From Octopus sinensis (lineage: Eukaryota), in assembly GCF_006345805.1 (NCBI RefSeq), contig NC_043017.1, forward strand, positions 31,000,001-31,064,000: DNA of 64,000 bases, in the 5' to 3' direction. Of the stretch, positions 1 to 14,398 are shown in pieces (position 1 is the first letter of the stretch; each line of letters begins with the position of its first letter). A model generated the notes under the pieces. The model was not told the origin of the DNA, did no database searches, and was given only the letters and a program-made list of their open reading frames with translations. A program made the translations under genes and the position numbers.

Positions 1-202
1 CTGTGTGTGTCCGGTTGTAATATTATATATATGTCCTGATATCACTTTTCCAAAGATATCTCTGCATGTTTTCTATACCATTATTTAATATTTAACAACA
101 TATACACATTCGTTAGATATAACTAGACAGAAATATGTATAAGTGTATATATATATATATATAATATTATATATTAATTATATATATATATAAATATACT
201 AT

Positions 203-237
<35 letters not shown>

Positions 238-260
238 ATAATATATATATATATATATAT

Positions 261-300
<40 letters not shown>

Positions 301-328
301 GTATGTATGTATACATATAGATACAGAC

Positions 329-365
<37 letters not shown>

Positions 366-1313
366 ATATATATATATCTATATATATATATAATATACTT
401 ACTATGTCTACGCATGCATGCATACGTATGATATTACACGGTTCTTCTAGATTTACATATTCGTATAATTACTTGTCACTTCTATATTTTGTTTCGATTT
501 GTGGTGAAAAAAAATCTGTTATATTTTGAAAGTGTTTAATATTCTAACAAATCTAAATGATAAAATCCTCTGTAGAGAAATCTTATTCATAATATTCAGG
601 CTACGTTCCGAACACGATTAAGCAGAAATGATTGTAAAACATCTTGAGTAGTATAAAGATTACAGATACGAACACACATACACAGACACACACACAATAT
701 ATATATATATATATATTAATATATATAGTAATCGATGTGTACAATGTTATATATTTATTAGGCCATATATATATATATGTATATACATATATGTGTGTGT
801 GTCTGTGTGTGTATGCGTGTGTGCGTGTATGCATGTATGTATATCTATGCACCCTCATAGACACATTTCTCTGCATATATTCAGAAACATAAACACGTTT
901 ATATATATATATGAATTTATGTACAACACGCATAAAGATACTAAGATAATACATAAACATTTATCTCGACAGCTGTTTCAAGAAGCTCGAAATTACATAA
1001 TAGTAGAAACGCTAATAATTTGTCTTCAACATCATGAGTGTCTAACCAGGTAAAATAAATTTGGTGCTGAGTTCGGTCCGGACCGCGAGTGTGATAGGAA
1101 CTCTGACACAAGAGTTCTGGCACGATAATATTACACATATTAGGGACCCTGAAACTGTTGCTTAAAACGACTTTCTCAGAGATCAAACAAGTCAGAGACA
1201 GAAGTAGCGAATTTCTTAAGGGACAATTCGTAGAAGCAATTGTCTATAATGTGTAGTAAGACGGTGTAACCCTCCCCCGGAATTGGTGACCGTGCGCAAA
1301 AATTTGAAACCAT

Positions 1314-1371
<58 letters not shown>

Positions 1372-1490
1372 CATATATATATATATAAAGTTAATCCAAA
1401 CATGAAAACACAAAGAGAAAACACAACAACGAGAGGACGTGGAACAAATATAGTATTATTGGACGCTCAGGATGGAAGAGAAGAAGGAAG

Positions 1491-1580
1491 ATTTAACGTT
1501 TCGAGCGGAGCTCTTCGTCGGAAACATAGGAAAAGGAAAGATCCAGAGAAGGGAAGACAGAAGAAAAACCATTAATAGAA
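1491..1580 (-). mobile_element. Penelope-like (PLE) terminal-repeat remnant with hammerhead-like motif (CCGACGA core variant)
   Basis: Minus strand reads TGTTT-CCGACGA-A-GAGC-TCC-GCTC-GAA-ACGT-T-AAATC. A homologous copy lies at about 59100-59300 in the opposite orientation. Sits next to TA/TG microsatellite. Confidence 0.6.
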
Positions 1581-2303
1581 ATATATCAAGACTTTTTTTC
1601 TTTCATCAAGAAGATTTATATTGACATTGGACACATGAAATTTTCAAGGTTTGTGAATAATATATATTCAAATATTATTAATGTCGATGTTCCTTAGGAA
1701 ACAATTGCATATCCTTTCTGTTGTGTACCAATTAAAATATGTTATTTAATACATTTCTTTGAAGCTATATTTTTTAATTCAATACATATGTTTGTGTACA
1801 TTCTTACCTTTTCAGCTACATTCTGAAAAACATGTATTCCATTTTTCTACATCAGTTTATATAATATATCTTCATGTACTAACTCTTAATGTTATTTGAA
1901 AGTGTTTTTATCCTACGGCATCAACACACTATACAAATGTTTCTTAGTATCTTATGTATGAAGTATTGAATTAAGAAATCCACACAAAACGTCGTGTATA
2001 TATGTATACATTTTTTTGTATTGTGTGCGCATTAATGATATTTTTGAGTTTTCAAATAATTTTTGCATTCTTTTATCTCTTTATAATGTCACAATTAACG
2101 TCTTTGTGTGCATTCTAATTTGTATAGTAATATAAACTCGGGGACATCGATATCAATTGTATCTTTGTATTCACTGCCCAATATTCTATGGTCGATGCTG
2201 TTGCGACTAATGTTTAGTTATAGTTCGGCATTAATCTAGCAGACCTTCATGTCATAATGACCATCCCTTCGGTTAACGCCATTTACAGTTATATAACCTA
2301 ATG

Positions 2304-2610
2304 TTCTTTTATTCTTTTGCTTGTTTCAGACATTTGGCTGTGGCGATGCTGGAGCACCGCCTTTTGTCAAGCAAATCGATCCCTGAATTTATTCTTTGTA
2401 AGCCTACTACTTATTCTATCGCTCCCTTTTGCTAGTTACTGGGACGTAAACACACCAGCATCGGTTGTCAAGCGATAATGCAGAGACAAATACACACAGA
2501 AAATACACACTACATTACATTTATACATATATACATATATACATATATATATATATAATATATATACATATATATATATATATAATATAGATATATATAT
2601 ATATAATATA

Positions 2611-2652
<42 letters not shown>

Positions 2653-2780
2653 GACGGACTTCCTTTAATTTCTGTCTGCCAAATCCAGTCACAGGGCTTT
2701 GGTCGGTCGGCCCGAGACTACAGAAGAAGACACTTGCCCAAGTCGCCATGCACTGAGAGTGAACCCGGAACCATGTGGTT
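2304..2780 (-). mobile_element. tRNA-derived composite SINE (family A) with internal TA microsatellite, 5'-truncated
   Basis: Reverse complement matches the copies at 18644, 49397 and 59805 (ttgggc(a/g)agtgtcttct ... gacgtaaacacaccagcatcggttgtcaagc on +). Confidence 0.85.
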
Positions 2781-3962
2781 CGTGATATGAAGGAAATCCC
2801 GGTGTTCTTTCTTGTAGGTCATGTGACTGGGCAGCTTCTCCTTCATTTACAAGTCCTTATGAGTTATATATGTTTCTCACCTACGTTATCGTAAAATGTT
2901 ACTCTTATAGAATTTATTAGAGTCTATGATAACTTTCGATTTCTCTTGTAACGTATTTCTGTTCCACTAGATATACATTGATCTACTTTATGCCGATGCC
3001 TGTACTATTCTATATATTTTTACCTGATTAATATTTAGATTACGACTAATTTATAGTTACCGTGTGTTCACGGTCATTGGTTGTTTTTGGTTGGTACTGA
3101 ATTAAAACTTTTTTATGATCTGCGGGTTTCCAACTGCAAATAAACCCTGCATTGTTTTCCCATTATAGTGTATGTAGGACCGTCTTATTTAATCTTTCAT
3201 CCATTCTCAAGTAACTGGAACAGCTATTTTAGCAGATTGCAACAGCAAACAGCGATCAACTGTCTACGTGTTACGTAGGCTTGACGTTGATTTACTTCAG
3301 CGATCGAATGAGAAAAAACTGTTTTTAGCGTGATTGCTGTTGGTGGTGATTTATTCTCTGGAGGATTCCTTGTTTTATTGCTTCGCGTGTTTTGTGAAAT
3401 ATTTCATAGTAGTGAAAGTTTATAGCATTGATTTTTTAGGTTTTAGTTTTTTTTTTTCATCGTGCGTCTATATTAACAAACGCAGGCCCAAGGAACCAAA
3501 CGGAGTGTCAATCGATCGAATTACTTTATCAATTTATTGCAGTATATTTTGAACTTCGGATTTCATACTTTATAAAGTTGTAGGCGATTTTACCTTTAAC
3601 ACTACTCTTTATTTCTTTCTCAGAATATTTCAATTTCCGTATGGATTTATAATCTGCGGGAGTAATTTTTATTCTTCGACAGGCAGAAGACTTTGTCAGA
3701 GATACAGACGACCAAGAATACCAATAACGACTACTGATGTCACGAGGTGATATTTGAAACAACGGCGGCCTCGGGCTATGGATTTATTTGACGGTTTCGA
3801 GGGTAAACATGATCTATTTTTACCGCTAAGTCTGGCATTGGGAACACTTCGCACACAACTTGGCTTTTGTACGGATTTCGTGACTTCTAAGTCTCGAAAG
3901 CCATGCAAAAGCCTGCCTGGAACAACATTGTTCCGATAGAGACACACGCAGGCACACTCGCG

Positions 3963-4042
<80 letters not shown>

Positions 4043-4099
4043 TATACATATACATATATATATATATATATATATACATACATACGTTAGTCACAACAC

Positions 4100-4262
4100 C
4101 CATTTTTTCTCTCCTTGTTTTTTTTTCTGTGTCCCTTTCTGTAGAAGAGCGCAGGCTCGAACGTAAAAGACTTTTTCTATTCCTGAGCGTTATACTAATA
4201 CATCTGTTTGTTTTTTTTTACACCACCTGTCTTCGTCTTCGTCTTCGTCTTTTGTTCTTTTC
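4100..4262 (+). mobile_element. PLE-like remnant with hammerhead-like motif (CTGTAGA core)
   Basis: CCTTT-CTGTAGA-A-GAGC-GCAG-GCTC-GA-ACGT-A-AAAGA at 4134-4170. Same family as the copies at 12630-12810 and 52670-52846. Confidence 0.6.
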
Positions 4263-4267
4263 GTAAA

Positions 4268-4334
<67 letters not shown>

Positions 4335-5959
4335 ATATATATATATATATATAATATATATATAATAATATATATAGATATATATATAGGTCTGCATGGG
4401 TAATCATGCAAAAAATCAAAGTTGAGGAAACTCTGCAAAGAAATTGTTAAACCTATCTTCAAGTGATGAAATGAGCAGAGATAACAGAGGCGTGTGGTAA
4501 ATGATGAGATAGACGCACGTATGGATAAATTAAAGATGAATTTGCGGAGCTCGAAAACAATAACGACGACAACGACGACGACAAAGATGATGATGATGAG
4601 GAGGAGGAGGAGGAGGAGGAGGATGACGACGACAAGATCAGCAACGACTAGCAAAATCCATGAAAGTGTTTTTTTCTCGCTTAATTTTCGACATTTTTAT
4701 TATAGAATTTTCATATCACTGATATAAAATTAATGATTTGTAACATGTCGATATCCTTTATAGTCAATGGCGATTTCATTCAGCTGCTTTGTGAATTTAG
4801 TTATGGCTAAACACAAATGTAATAGATTCTTACCAAAATTATTTTACTTTTCATACGATCTATTTAAAAACAATTCGCTTTCTCAAGAGACATAATTCTT
4901 TTCTTATTTTTATGTTTTGACACAACCTAGTTGATTTACTGCCTCGATATTGATGTCAGATTATTTAGGAATATAGTTTATCCAATATTTAAGAATGCAT
5001 AAACTGGAGAATGTGTTTGGAGTCAAAACATTTATCTTTCTATGTTTTTAAGAGATTTCTCTTTTTATTTTTCGCTAGCTTTGATTAGTCTTTCATATAT
5101 CATTAAGATAATTTCAAAATATAATGCCCTTAGGTAAATATTTCCAATAAGACAATCGGGGTTTGCTATATTCTTGAAGTTAAGTATGGTAAAGAGCAAG
5201 TCGGAGTAAAGAAGTTCATTTCTATGAAGGACATAGTTCGAAAAGCACCCACTTTTCGCTGATCTTACGCCCTCTTTCACCGACATATGTATGGTGAGAT
5301 ATATATATATATATATACATGCAGAAATAAACATCCGCATACATGTGTTACTGAAGTTTCAATACTTATATTGCTTCTGTTATTCACTAAACTTCCATGA
5401 TGTCAATATTGTTCATTTTGTGCTCGTTAAATTTTTGTCTCACATTCAATATCAACTCAAAAGAAGTTTTTTTGAGTAGCTATTCATATTTTTACTGGTA
5501 GTTTATCCTGAAAATAATTGTGATTCATCTCAGTTGCGAATCTGAGACGTTCGTGCGTTATATCCACATTTGCGTGCTGGTGATTGTAATGCAGATTTAA
5601 GGCCTAGCACAACATTAAGTGACTTAAGTTCAACCAAACGACAATATACGAAGGTATCAGTGTTGAAGATGAAATCACTGATTAAAAAATTCATTTAATA
5701 ATAAATCACAGTTAACAACATAAAGAAATTTTCTACTTATAGCGGCAGCAACGTGAAGAAATACAAATATTCAACGACATTTCATTCCTATTTGAAAGAC
5801 GCTGTCACTTGCAAGAATTCTACCATCCTAAATCCGGCGCAGGAACAATTCTGTAGTGTCCCAGTTCAATAATAATAATAATAATGAAGTCATTGTATAC
5901 AGTGCTCAGGTGCACCACAACTTGTCAAAAAGTGCGTATAAAGTATATGCAGTAATGTA

Positions 5960-6375
5960 CAAATGTCTGGAAAGCGAACAGTGTATGAGTCAGATACTTG
6001 CTTGCGTGTGTATGGAGGGAAGAAAATCAGGTGTAGTGATGGCGAATCGCAGAAATCATAGAAGTTTTGAAGGATGCAGTTCTCCGACAATTAACAACTG
6101 ATGCCGGCAGTTTGTTCCACGCTTCAGCAACTCTTAGCGTGAAAAAATGTTTCCGAAAGTCATGGGTGCTGTGTTGTTTTCTGACTTTCTAAACATGTCC
6201 ACGGGTGTTAGACAGGTGGAGTTTGAAAAGGTGCTCAGAGCTATTGTTTGTAAGATGGTTAATAATTTTATGGTGTCTGCAATGTCAGATGTCAGAGTAC
6301 GGTGTTTCAATGTGTCCAGGCCCAGGGAAGTAAGGCGTTCAGAATATGGCAAATATTTGTTGCGACACAAATATA
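5960..6375 (-). mobile_element. Decayed CR1/L2-group LINE, ORF2 C-terminus and 3' UTR
   Basis: LPYSERLTSLGLDTLK, then after a frameshift HFFTLRVAEAWNKLPASVVNCRRTASFK. This is the typical post-RT C-terminal region of CR1-like LINEs (W-N-x-L-P motif). Confidence 0.75.
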
Positions 6376-7009
6376 TACTTATTTCGTTGCTTAATAAAAC
6401 CTATATTCAGAATACAATTTCCCCTGAGAAAGATATTAAATCCCTAATAACATTAAGTTCTTAATACATCTTTCGGGGACATTGTATTAAATACACTTCA
6501 AACAATCGTTCAACAAAAGCCTACAGAAGAAACGACTAGAGATTTTCTCATCATGCGAATGTTCTTGTACAGTGTCTTTGTCTCCCTATTCTTCCCATCA
6601 TCTTTCCGACCAGTTTCATTCATTTTTTTTTGTTTCTTCGTCCCACGTTTGAAATATTCATTCCAGCGCAACGTACCCCTGTTTGATTACTTATATACAT
6701 ACATGTATACGCACATATATATTATAGATGTTTTCGATCTAATTTGGCTTTTTGCCATCAAATTTGAATTCTTTGCAATCAAATTTGAATTCTTTGCAAT
6801 GAATTTCAATTTTTCAATTGGGGCTCAAGCCTTGAAAAAAAAAAGAGTTAAACTACATCAGCCGTAAATGAATACATGTCTATCTTATCTAACTCGTCCA
6901 GTAGAGCCCACCAATTGATATCTGAAAAGTTCGATGAAATAATTCATGAAAACTGGCAATAGCTTCTACCAAAAGATGCTCCGTTCTGAACCGGTCTGAA
7001 CAAGGGGAG

Positions 7010-7109
7010 NNNNNNNNNNNNNNNNNNNNNNNNNNNNNNNNNNNNNNNNNNNNNNNNNNNNNNNNNNNNNNNNNNNNNNNNNNNNNNNNNNNNNNNNNNN
7101 NNNNNNNNN
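7010..7109. other. Assembly/scaffold gap (100 N)
   Basis: Run of exactly 100 N. Confidence 0.99.
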
Positions 7110-7455
7110 GACAGAGATAAACAGGAGTTTATCAGGAATCAAAATTTAAAGGAAACAGGAAATGGAGTAACTTTGATGAACAACAATTAATTTGCATCAA
7201 ATATTATTTGTTATTAATTTACAAAAGAATTGCATCCTTTCTAACAGCTGTTTCTGCTGAAAATGTTCTTTGGAATTACCATTATGATTCTAAGAGAATA
7301 TTTATCATAGGTGCAAATAAGGTCGATTTGTATCATACAGCTTCATCAGAGTGGAAAATAAATAAATAAAAAGAAAAGACAAGAAAGGGGAAAGAAAGGT
7401 TGAATATGGTGAGAGTCATGTCCTGTTGTTTGTTGAGTGATTGAACGATAAGTAA

Positions 7456-7494
<39 letters not shown>

Positions 7495-8095
7495 AAATTC
7501 AAAAAAGGAAAATACGCACTCTTACATAGTTTTAATATAATTTTTAATATATCGATCGGTTTCGCTATCGCTATTCATGATATTGTTTTACTCATTTGAA
7601 TATATATTTTTTCTTAAGAAGAAATTTGGTCCATGGTGTGTGATGAAATTCACGAGTGAATGACTTCACAAGTAGATAAATAAAGGGAGGTAATTGGTTG
7701 TCGTTATTATTGTTATTGTTGTGGGTAAGGGAGATAACAGTTCACTTTTCGCAAATGGGGGGGGATTATATATGTGTACAGACAGAGGCATGTTTCAAAA
7801 ACCTTGTTTAGTAGGGGATTTATGTACAGTGACGTAATCGTGAATTGAAATATGTAAAAGGATAAAAGTTTGTCATGCGTGGATATTAAGACGTGTTTTG
7901 TATTTTTCAATGAAAAAAAGTTTATTTATTTAAACGTTCTAGTTGAGAGATTACGTCTTTGCACTGGTAGAAAGGGAAGACTGTGAAATTTGGTTTGATG
8001 TTACCTGCAAACTTTTCTATATGTTCACTGAGAGGAATTTGTCTGTATTGTGGGAGTCTCAGAAATTCTTCAACACTTAATGGGAGGAGAAACAG

Positions 8096-8134
8096 CTTTA
8101 ATGTTTCAGACAGTTGCCCTTCATCAGAAGAAAG
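8096..8134 (-). ncRNA. Decayed minimal hammerhead ribozyme motif (PLE-type)
   Basis: CTTTCTT-CTGATGA-A-GGGC-AACT-GTCT-GAAAC-AT-T-AAAG. Canonical core; stem II has G-U wobbles; stem III palindrome has decayed from ACGT to ACAT. Confidence 0.45.
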
Positions 8135-8995
8135 AGGACAGAATGAAAGGGACATATTTTTGGAATTAGATAGGAATTTGGTTCTGGTGGGGATTTATGA
8201 AAGAAAGGCGGCGGGTATATATGTACAAGTTTCTGTGCCTAGAGGTCCGCTTATGCGTAAAGTGGCGCATGTGGTTAGTTTGGGGTTGAGTGTGTGGGTA
8301 TGGGAAAGACAAGTGCAGTAATATGATGGCGATGGTTAGTGGTGGCATGTGTGTGTGTATGTTTAAGTGAAATCGTTACGTGTGTGTGTGTGTCTGTGTG
8401 TGTGCGCATGTGTGTGTGTGACTGTGAGTGTTAAGAAAACGAGGATTTGAGTAGGTGCGAAATAAGTATTTCGGAAGATATGTGTATAGAGAAACTGTGC
8501 TAAAACATGAAATTAGGGGCAAAAAATGTAAAATGTATTCGTACTGAGTTATTCTTAAAGAAATAGATAAATATCAATGTAGTCAGAAAGAGAGACAGAA
8601 AGAGAAAAGGACAGGCTGAGAGACAGGCAGACACATACATAGGTGATAGGTGTAGGTAGATAGGTAGGTAGATCGCTGGATGAAAGGATATATGGATGAA
8701 TTCATAGATAGATACATAGAGCGAGAGAGGGAGAGAGATGGATAGATAGAAAGGGGGTAGGTAGGTAGGTAGGTAGGAAGAGAAGCAGTAGGCAGGCAAG
8801 CAGGCAGGTGAGTATATAATGTAGATAGGTAGGTTGGTAGAACGATAAGTAGATCGATAAATTGATAGATATGTTTCTTTATTAGCCACACAAGGCTGCA
8901 CACAGACGGGACAAATTACAAGGTAGAGTTTTTCTTTTTGGGGATAAAAAATGGGGTTTTGTGTTTTATAGAATAATATATAGATAAATAGATAG

Positions 8996-9012
8996 ATCAG
9001 TAATTTGTTAGG

Positions 9013-9106
<94 letters not shown>

Positions 9107-9107
9107 G

Positions 9108-9138
<31 letters not shown>

Positions 9139-9140
9139 AC
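8996..9140. repeat. (TA)n/(GATA)n microsatellite
   Basis: Direct reading. Confidence 0.95.
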
Positions 9141-9837
9141 AGACTGAGAGGGAATAGATAGATAGAGAAAGTGAAAGAGAGGGAGATACAGATGTATATA
9201 TACACACGTATAGGTGTGTATAAGTATAATTTCATTCATAAACACATTCATATACATACACATATGCATACGAGTATTTGTGTATTCGTATGTGTGTGCT
9301 TGTGTGTATGAGTGTGTCAGTTTGTGTCTATATGTGTATGTATGTTTAAAGCGCACTCTACGAAAAAGTCACTCTTGATTCATTTGCGCAACCTAGAATT
9401 TGCGCTGTTTTTGTCCCACAATAATTTTTACTAGTTATTATTATTTTTTTCTGTTTTCCTGTTCAAGATGTTTTCAAACCAATGAATTATATGCTAATAT
9501 CTCTGGTTGAATCTGTTTCCAGATACATCAGTAATAAAGACCTATTTACATATTTCTCGAGGCAAATTCAGCGATAAATAATTCGTTGTATTACATTTGG
9601 TTAAAAGCTACTGGGACGGAATAAAGGCAGGAGTTATTTGCATTCTATTACCTGCTTGCATACTTACATATATGTACTTTTACACACATACACACACATA
9701 ATACACACACACACACACATGCACATACGAACACACAAACACATGTAAATATTCGAATGACTGCAGTTGCATGAACACATACAGAGCTATATATATTATA
9801 CTTATCTATCTATTTTCTCTATTTATCTAACTAGCTA

Positions 9838-9893
<56 letters not shown>

Positions 9894-10069
9894 TATGTAT
9901 ATATATTTAACATATATGTATATAATGCATATATATATGAAAACAAGTATGTCTTATACATACCTATATATACATATGTATATATATATATACCTATATA
10001 TATATATATATAATATTTATATTATATATATATATATATATATATTAACACATATATTATATACATATA

Positions 10070-10107
<38 letters not shown>

Positions 10108-10120
10108 ATATATATATTAG

Positions 10121-10155
<35 letters not shown>

Positions 10156-10161
<6 letters not shown>

Positions 10162-10537
10162 TAGTAAAAAGTGAAAAAAACTACAGAAGGCTTGTTTTAA
10201 CAGGTTAAAAAATATATATTTGAGTCATTATGTCTGAAGAATGTTATAAATTTTTTTCATACAATGACATAGTTTAGAAGAAATGACCGGTTTCGCGTTC
10301 AGCTTTTCAAATTTCTTAAATCCTAGTTTTCCTTTGAGCGGAGATCTAGATCTCCGTTCAACGAAACATTACAATTTAAGAAATTTGAAAAGCTGAACGC
10401 GAAACCGGTCATTTCTTCTAACTATGTCATTGTATGAAAAAAATTTATAACATTCTTCAGACATATTGACTCAAATATATATTTTTTTAACCTTTTAAAA
10501 CAAGCCTTCTGTAGTTTTTCACTTTTTACTATTTTCT
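10156..10537. mobile_element. Fold-back (MITE-like) element, near-perfect 380 bp palindrome
   Basis: Arm agaaaatagtaaaaagtgaaaaaaactacagaagg... pairs with ...ccttctgtagtttttcactttttactattttct. Central palindrome ggagatctagatctcc. Sits between (GA)n and TA-rich sequence. Confidence 0.85.
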
Positions 10538-10580
10538 ATATATTAACAACCACGTGCTTTCACACACCAACTTTTTCTCA

Positions 10581-10671
<91 letters not shown>

Positions 10672-10686
10672 ATATATATATATATT

Positions 10687-10754
<68 letters not shown>

Positions 10755-11665
10755 TAGTCATAATATATATATATAATATAAATCTACTCTATCTCGTATA
10801 TAAGTGTGGATAATGTCTATATATACGTGTGGATGTGTATTATTCGCATGGGTGTGTATAAATATTTGCATTTATGTACTGTGGAGAATAGTATACTGAA
10901 AACGGCAGAAGGGTTTTATACTTTTGGACTAGGAATCGATCTGTAATTAAACCCTTTTTTTTTTTAATTCTTTATTCATTTTCTATCAACCTGTACTAAC
11001 GGAGTGCAGGAGAGTGGTTTTAGCGAAATTTGACGTGTATTTCTGGCATGTTGATGTTATTTAACAGCACCCTTTGTTATAATTTTATTGTTATAATTAT
11101 GTAGTAGTAGTAGTAGTAAATGTTATCTAGATGAGGTTTATAACATGCTGGCCACTTGATAATATCTTTATCGTGATTTTCTCCTCATATGTGTGTGTGT
11201 GTGTGTGTTTAAGTTCATATTTGGTGTGCATATGTTTCAATGAGTAAGAATGAGGTCTGATCTTTCTTGTATATGTATTTGTGAATTTCATTGCTCATAA
11301 TCATCCATTTACGTATGTATTACAGAACAAATTTCCTAATTTCGAAGAATATTATGATCAACATTATTATGCATTTATATTTTGTAAACCGTTAGTAGAG
11401 TAAAGAGCGAAACATGAACTCAAATGAATGATGAAGTAACAGGATTGTATGTAATGAACTTTAGTAGTTTACAACTGCCCGTAATGTGTTATAAGATGAT
11501 GCACATGCACTAGGGTCTCGGTGCACTGCATCGCACGGCGGAAGCAGCTGTATGCAACTGAAGATCATTAAGTAATGACATGTTCCGTTTTCAGTTACTT
11601 AATCTATATACATATATGTATTTGCATGTAGGTATGTAAGTGCCTATGTATGTATACAATGAAAT

Positions 11666-11699
<34 letters not shown>

Positions 11700-12561
11700 C
11701 ATATATATATCTATTATATATATATATATGTAAATATATATATATATATAGATATATATTATTATAAATTATATACTATATCTATATAATATAGTATATA
11801 TATATATATATTATATATATAATATCCTTGTGTTGTATGTCTTGTACCCTGTTTTTTTCGTTGTTTAAAAAGATGTCCGTTTCCATGGTTCTGTTTTTAT
11901 GTTTTTGTTTCTCATTTTGTTCGACGTTTTTTTTTTTGGTGTCCTGTACCTATATATGCATGTATATATACATGTAGAGGTAGGTACGTACATATATGTA
12001 TGTATATATGCATATATTTTATTTATTATTTTGTTGTTAAATATATATATATACATATACGCGTAGCTTAAGGATTAAAATTAATCAAAGGACATGCAAC
12101 GTATGTCTATCTGCTGGAAATAACAGTCAAAACTCTTATTCAAATCGCCAAAATACACTGATGATAAGGTTAAGACAATCACCCAACGTATATTCTAGTA
12201 TTTGGACTCTCGTAATTACTGGTTCAATTCGATCGCCTAAAGTTCCTCAATTTGGTGCCCCGTCATGGTTGCAGTCAAATGACTGAAAAATTTAAAGGAT
12301 AAAGATACAAATATACACACATACGCACATATAGAGATGCAAACATACACACATACATACTTACATACATACTTACATGCATACATACATGTAAACGTAT
12401 ATATATTGATGATAGAAAGAAAATGGAGAAATACGGATAAATGATTTCTCCTCCGTATATGATAGTGATTAACCAAAGAAATTTTGGATTATTTAATCCC
12501 TAATGAAGGCCTGACATCATCGAATTGACTGTATATATATATATATATATGTTATATATAT

Positions 12562-12610
<49 letters not shown>

Positions 12611-12629
12611 AGAGGTTTACGAAAGAAAC

Positions 12630-12810
12630 AGAGATGAAGACAGGTGGTGTACAAAACAACAATGTATTAGTATAAGGCTGAGGAATAGAAAAAGTATGTT
12701 TACGATTCGAGCCTACGCTCTTCTACAGAAAGGGACACAGAATAAAACAAGAGAAAAACAAGGAGAGAAAAAATGTATGTAGTGGCTAACGTTCTATCAT
12801 GCCGTCTGAT
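12630..12810 (-). mobile_element. PLE-like remnant in (TA)n with decayed hammerhead (CTGTAGA core)
   Basis: Minus strand CCCTTT-CTGTAGA-A-GAGC-GTAG-GCTC-GAATCGT. Homologous to 4100-4262 and 52670-52846. Confidence 0.6.
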
Positions 12811-12811
12811 A

Positions 12812-12848
<37 letters not shown>

Positions 12849-13146
12849 ATCAAAATAAGCAAAAAGATATCAAGAAGTGATGCAGTACGACCATTTCAAG
12901 CGACTGAATTTCATTGAAGAATGCAAAAATTACATCTATTTAAATGGAGGTTATCATGACCGACACAAATAAATACAATAGTAGTAAATTGGGTATAAAG
13001 TATCAGTCTATAAAGGAAACTAGTCCTCTAGTCTTATTGCTCCAGACGTAGTAGTTTCATAAATTCAGTTATGCATAGTAAACACATTTTATTCCTAATA
13101 TTATAGGAGTGGGCTCTACCTATGATACTCCAATTAAGGGTGTACT

Positions 13147-13187
<41 letters not shown>

Positions 13188-14366
13188 TTAAATACACATA
13201 CACATTCTTCGCCTCTCTCTCTCTCTCACATACATATATATAGATAGATAGATAGATAGATAGATAGACTCATACATACATATATACTTACATACTTATA
13301 AGCATGCATGCATGCATACATACATACTAGCATGATGCATTGATACATATATACAAGCATGCATGCATACATATATACATACATACAAGTATGCAAGAAT
13401 ACATACATACATACAAGCATGCATGAACACATATGCATTCATGTATAAATCCATATATTCATATTTTTTATTTTATTTCTATAGATTTTCTATAGACCTC
13501 AATGCTAATACTGCAAGTTACGATGTTGTGTCAACGAGTACGTCTATGTAAATAGAGCAATCGAAGACACATAAATAGGTAATAGTGGTATATGCTTATT
13601 TCAAGAGTGATTGCTCTTTCATCAGTACCACATCCAACCAACCAACCAGATCTAACCGCATCATAGCACTAACTCTTAAAATACGCGTACACTCTCAAAA
13701 CCTGTATTTTTTTGTTTTCGGTAGCATTGTTTACATAAACATATGTGTTTACTAAAGATTATAAGTTGCAGTGTCGGTTCTGAATTCTATAAAAATATCT
13801 ATAAAAACAAACTTCAAATTGAGAATATTGCAGTGCTAACACGAAGTAAGATAGATTTTTTACTCATATATCTGTAATGTATTTGGTTGCATATTATAAT
13901 TACATACATACATACATATAAACATACTTGCATAGACATGCATATGCGTCTATTTATAATCATAGTCACCATGAGAACCTTTTAGCATTGATATTAGCAT
14001 GCAATTGATAAGACTGATAAAATATCATGATGTCAGACTATTAACATGCTGCGGAGGAAGCCAAAATATCTGATTATGTACACTTACTTTTAAATTTTCG
14101 TGCATAATTACTAATTAACAGTAAATATATATCTTAAACATAGACATGAGATGATATGATACAGCTGAGCCGTGAACTCTTTCATTTCTCGTTTAAGAAT
14201 TTTATAAGAAAATTATTAATATTTATAACAAATACATACTCCGAACCAAAAGTACATAAACTGTGATCTGCATATGAACACGCATGTGTGTGGGCGGGGG
14301 TACGTGTGTGCGTGTGTATGTATATACATATATGTGTATAATTATAACTGTGTATATTTATACATG

Positions 14367-14398
<32 letters not shown>

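Noticed and set aside
6860-7009. Coding-like frame beside the gap (HQLISEKFDEIIHENWQ*LLP...)
   Set aside because: Two in-frame stops, truncated by Ns, and only a vague resemblance to transposases.
11498-11535. Hairpin gatgcacatgcac...gtgcactgcatc as a pre-miRNA
   Set aside because: The stem is only about 11-12 bp and I recognise no mature miRNA.
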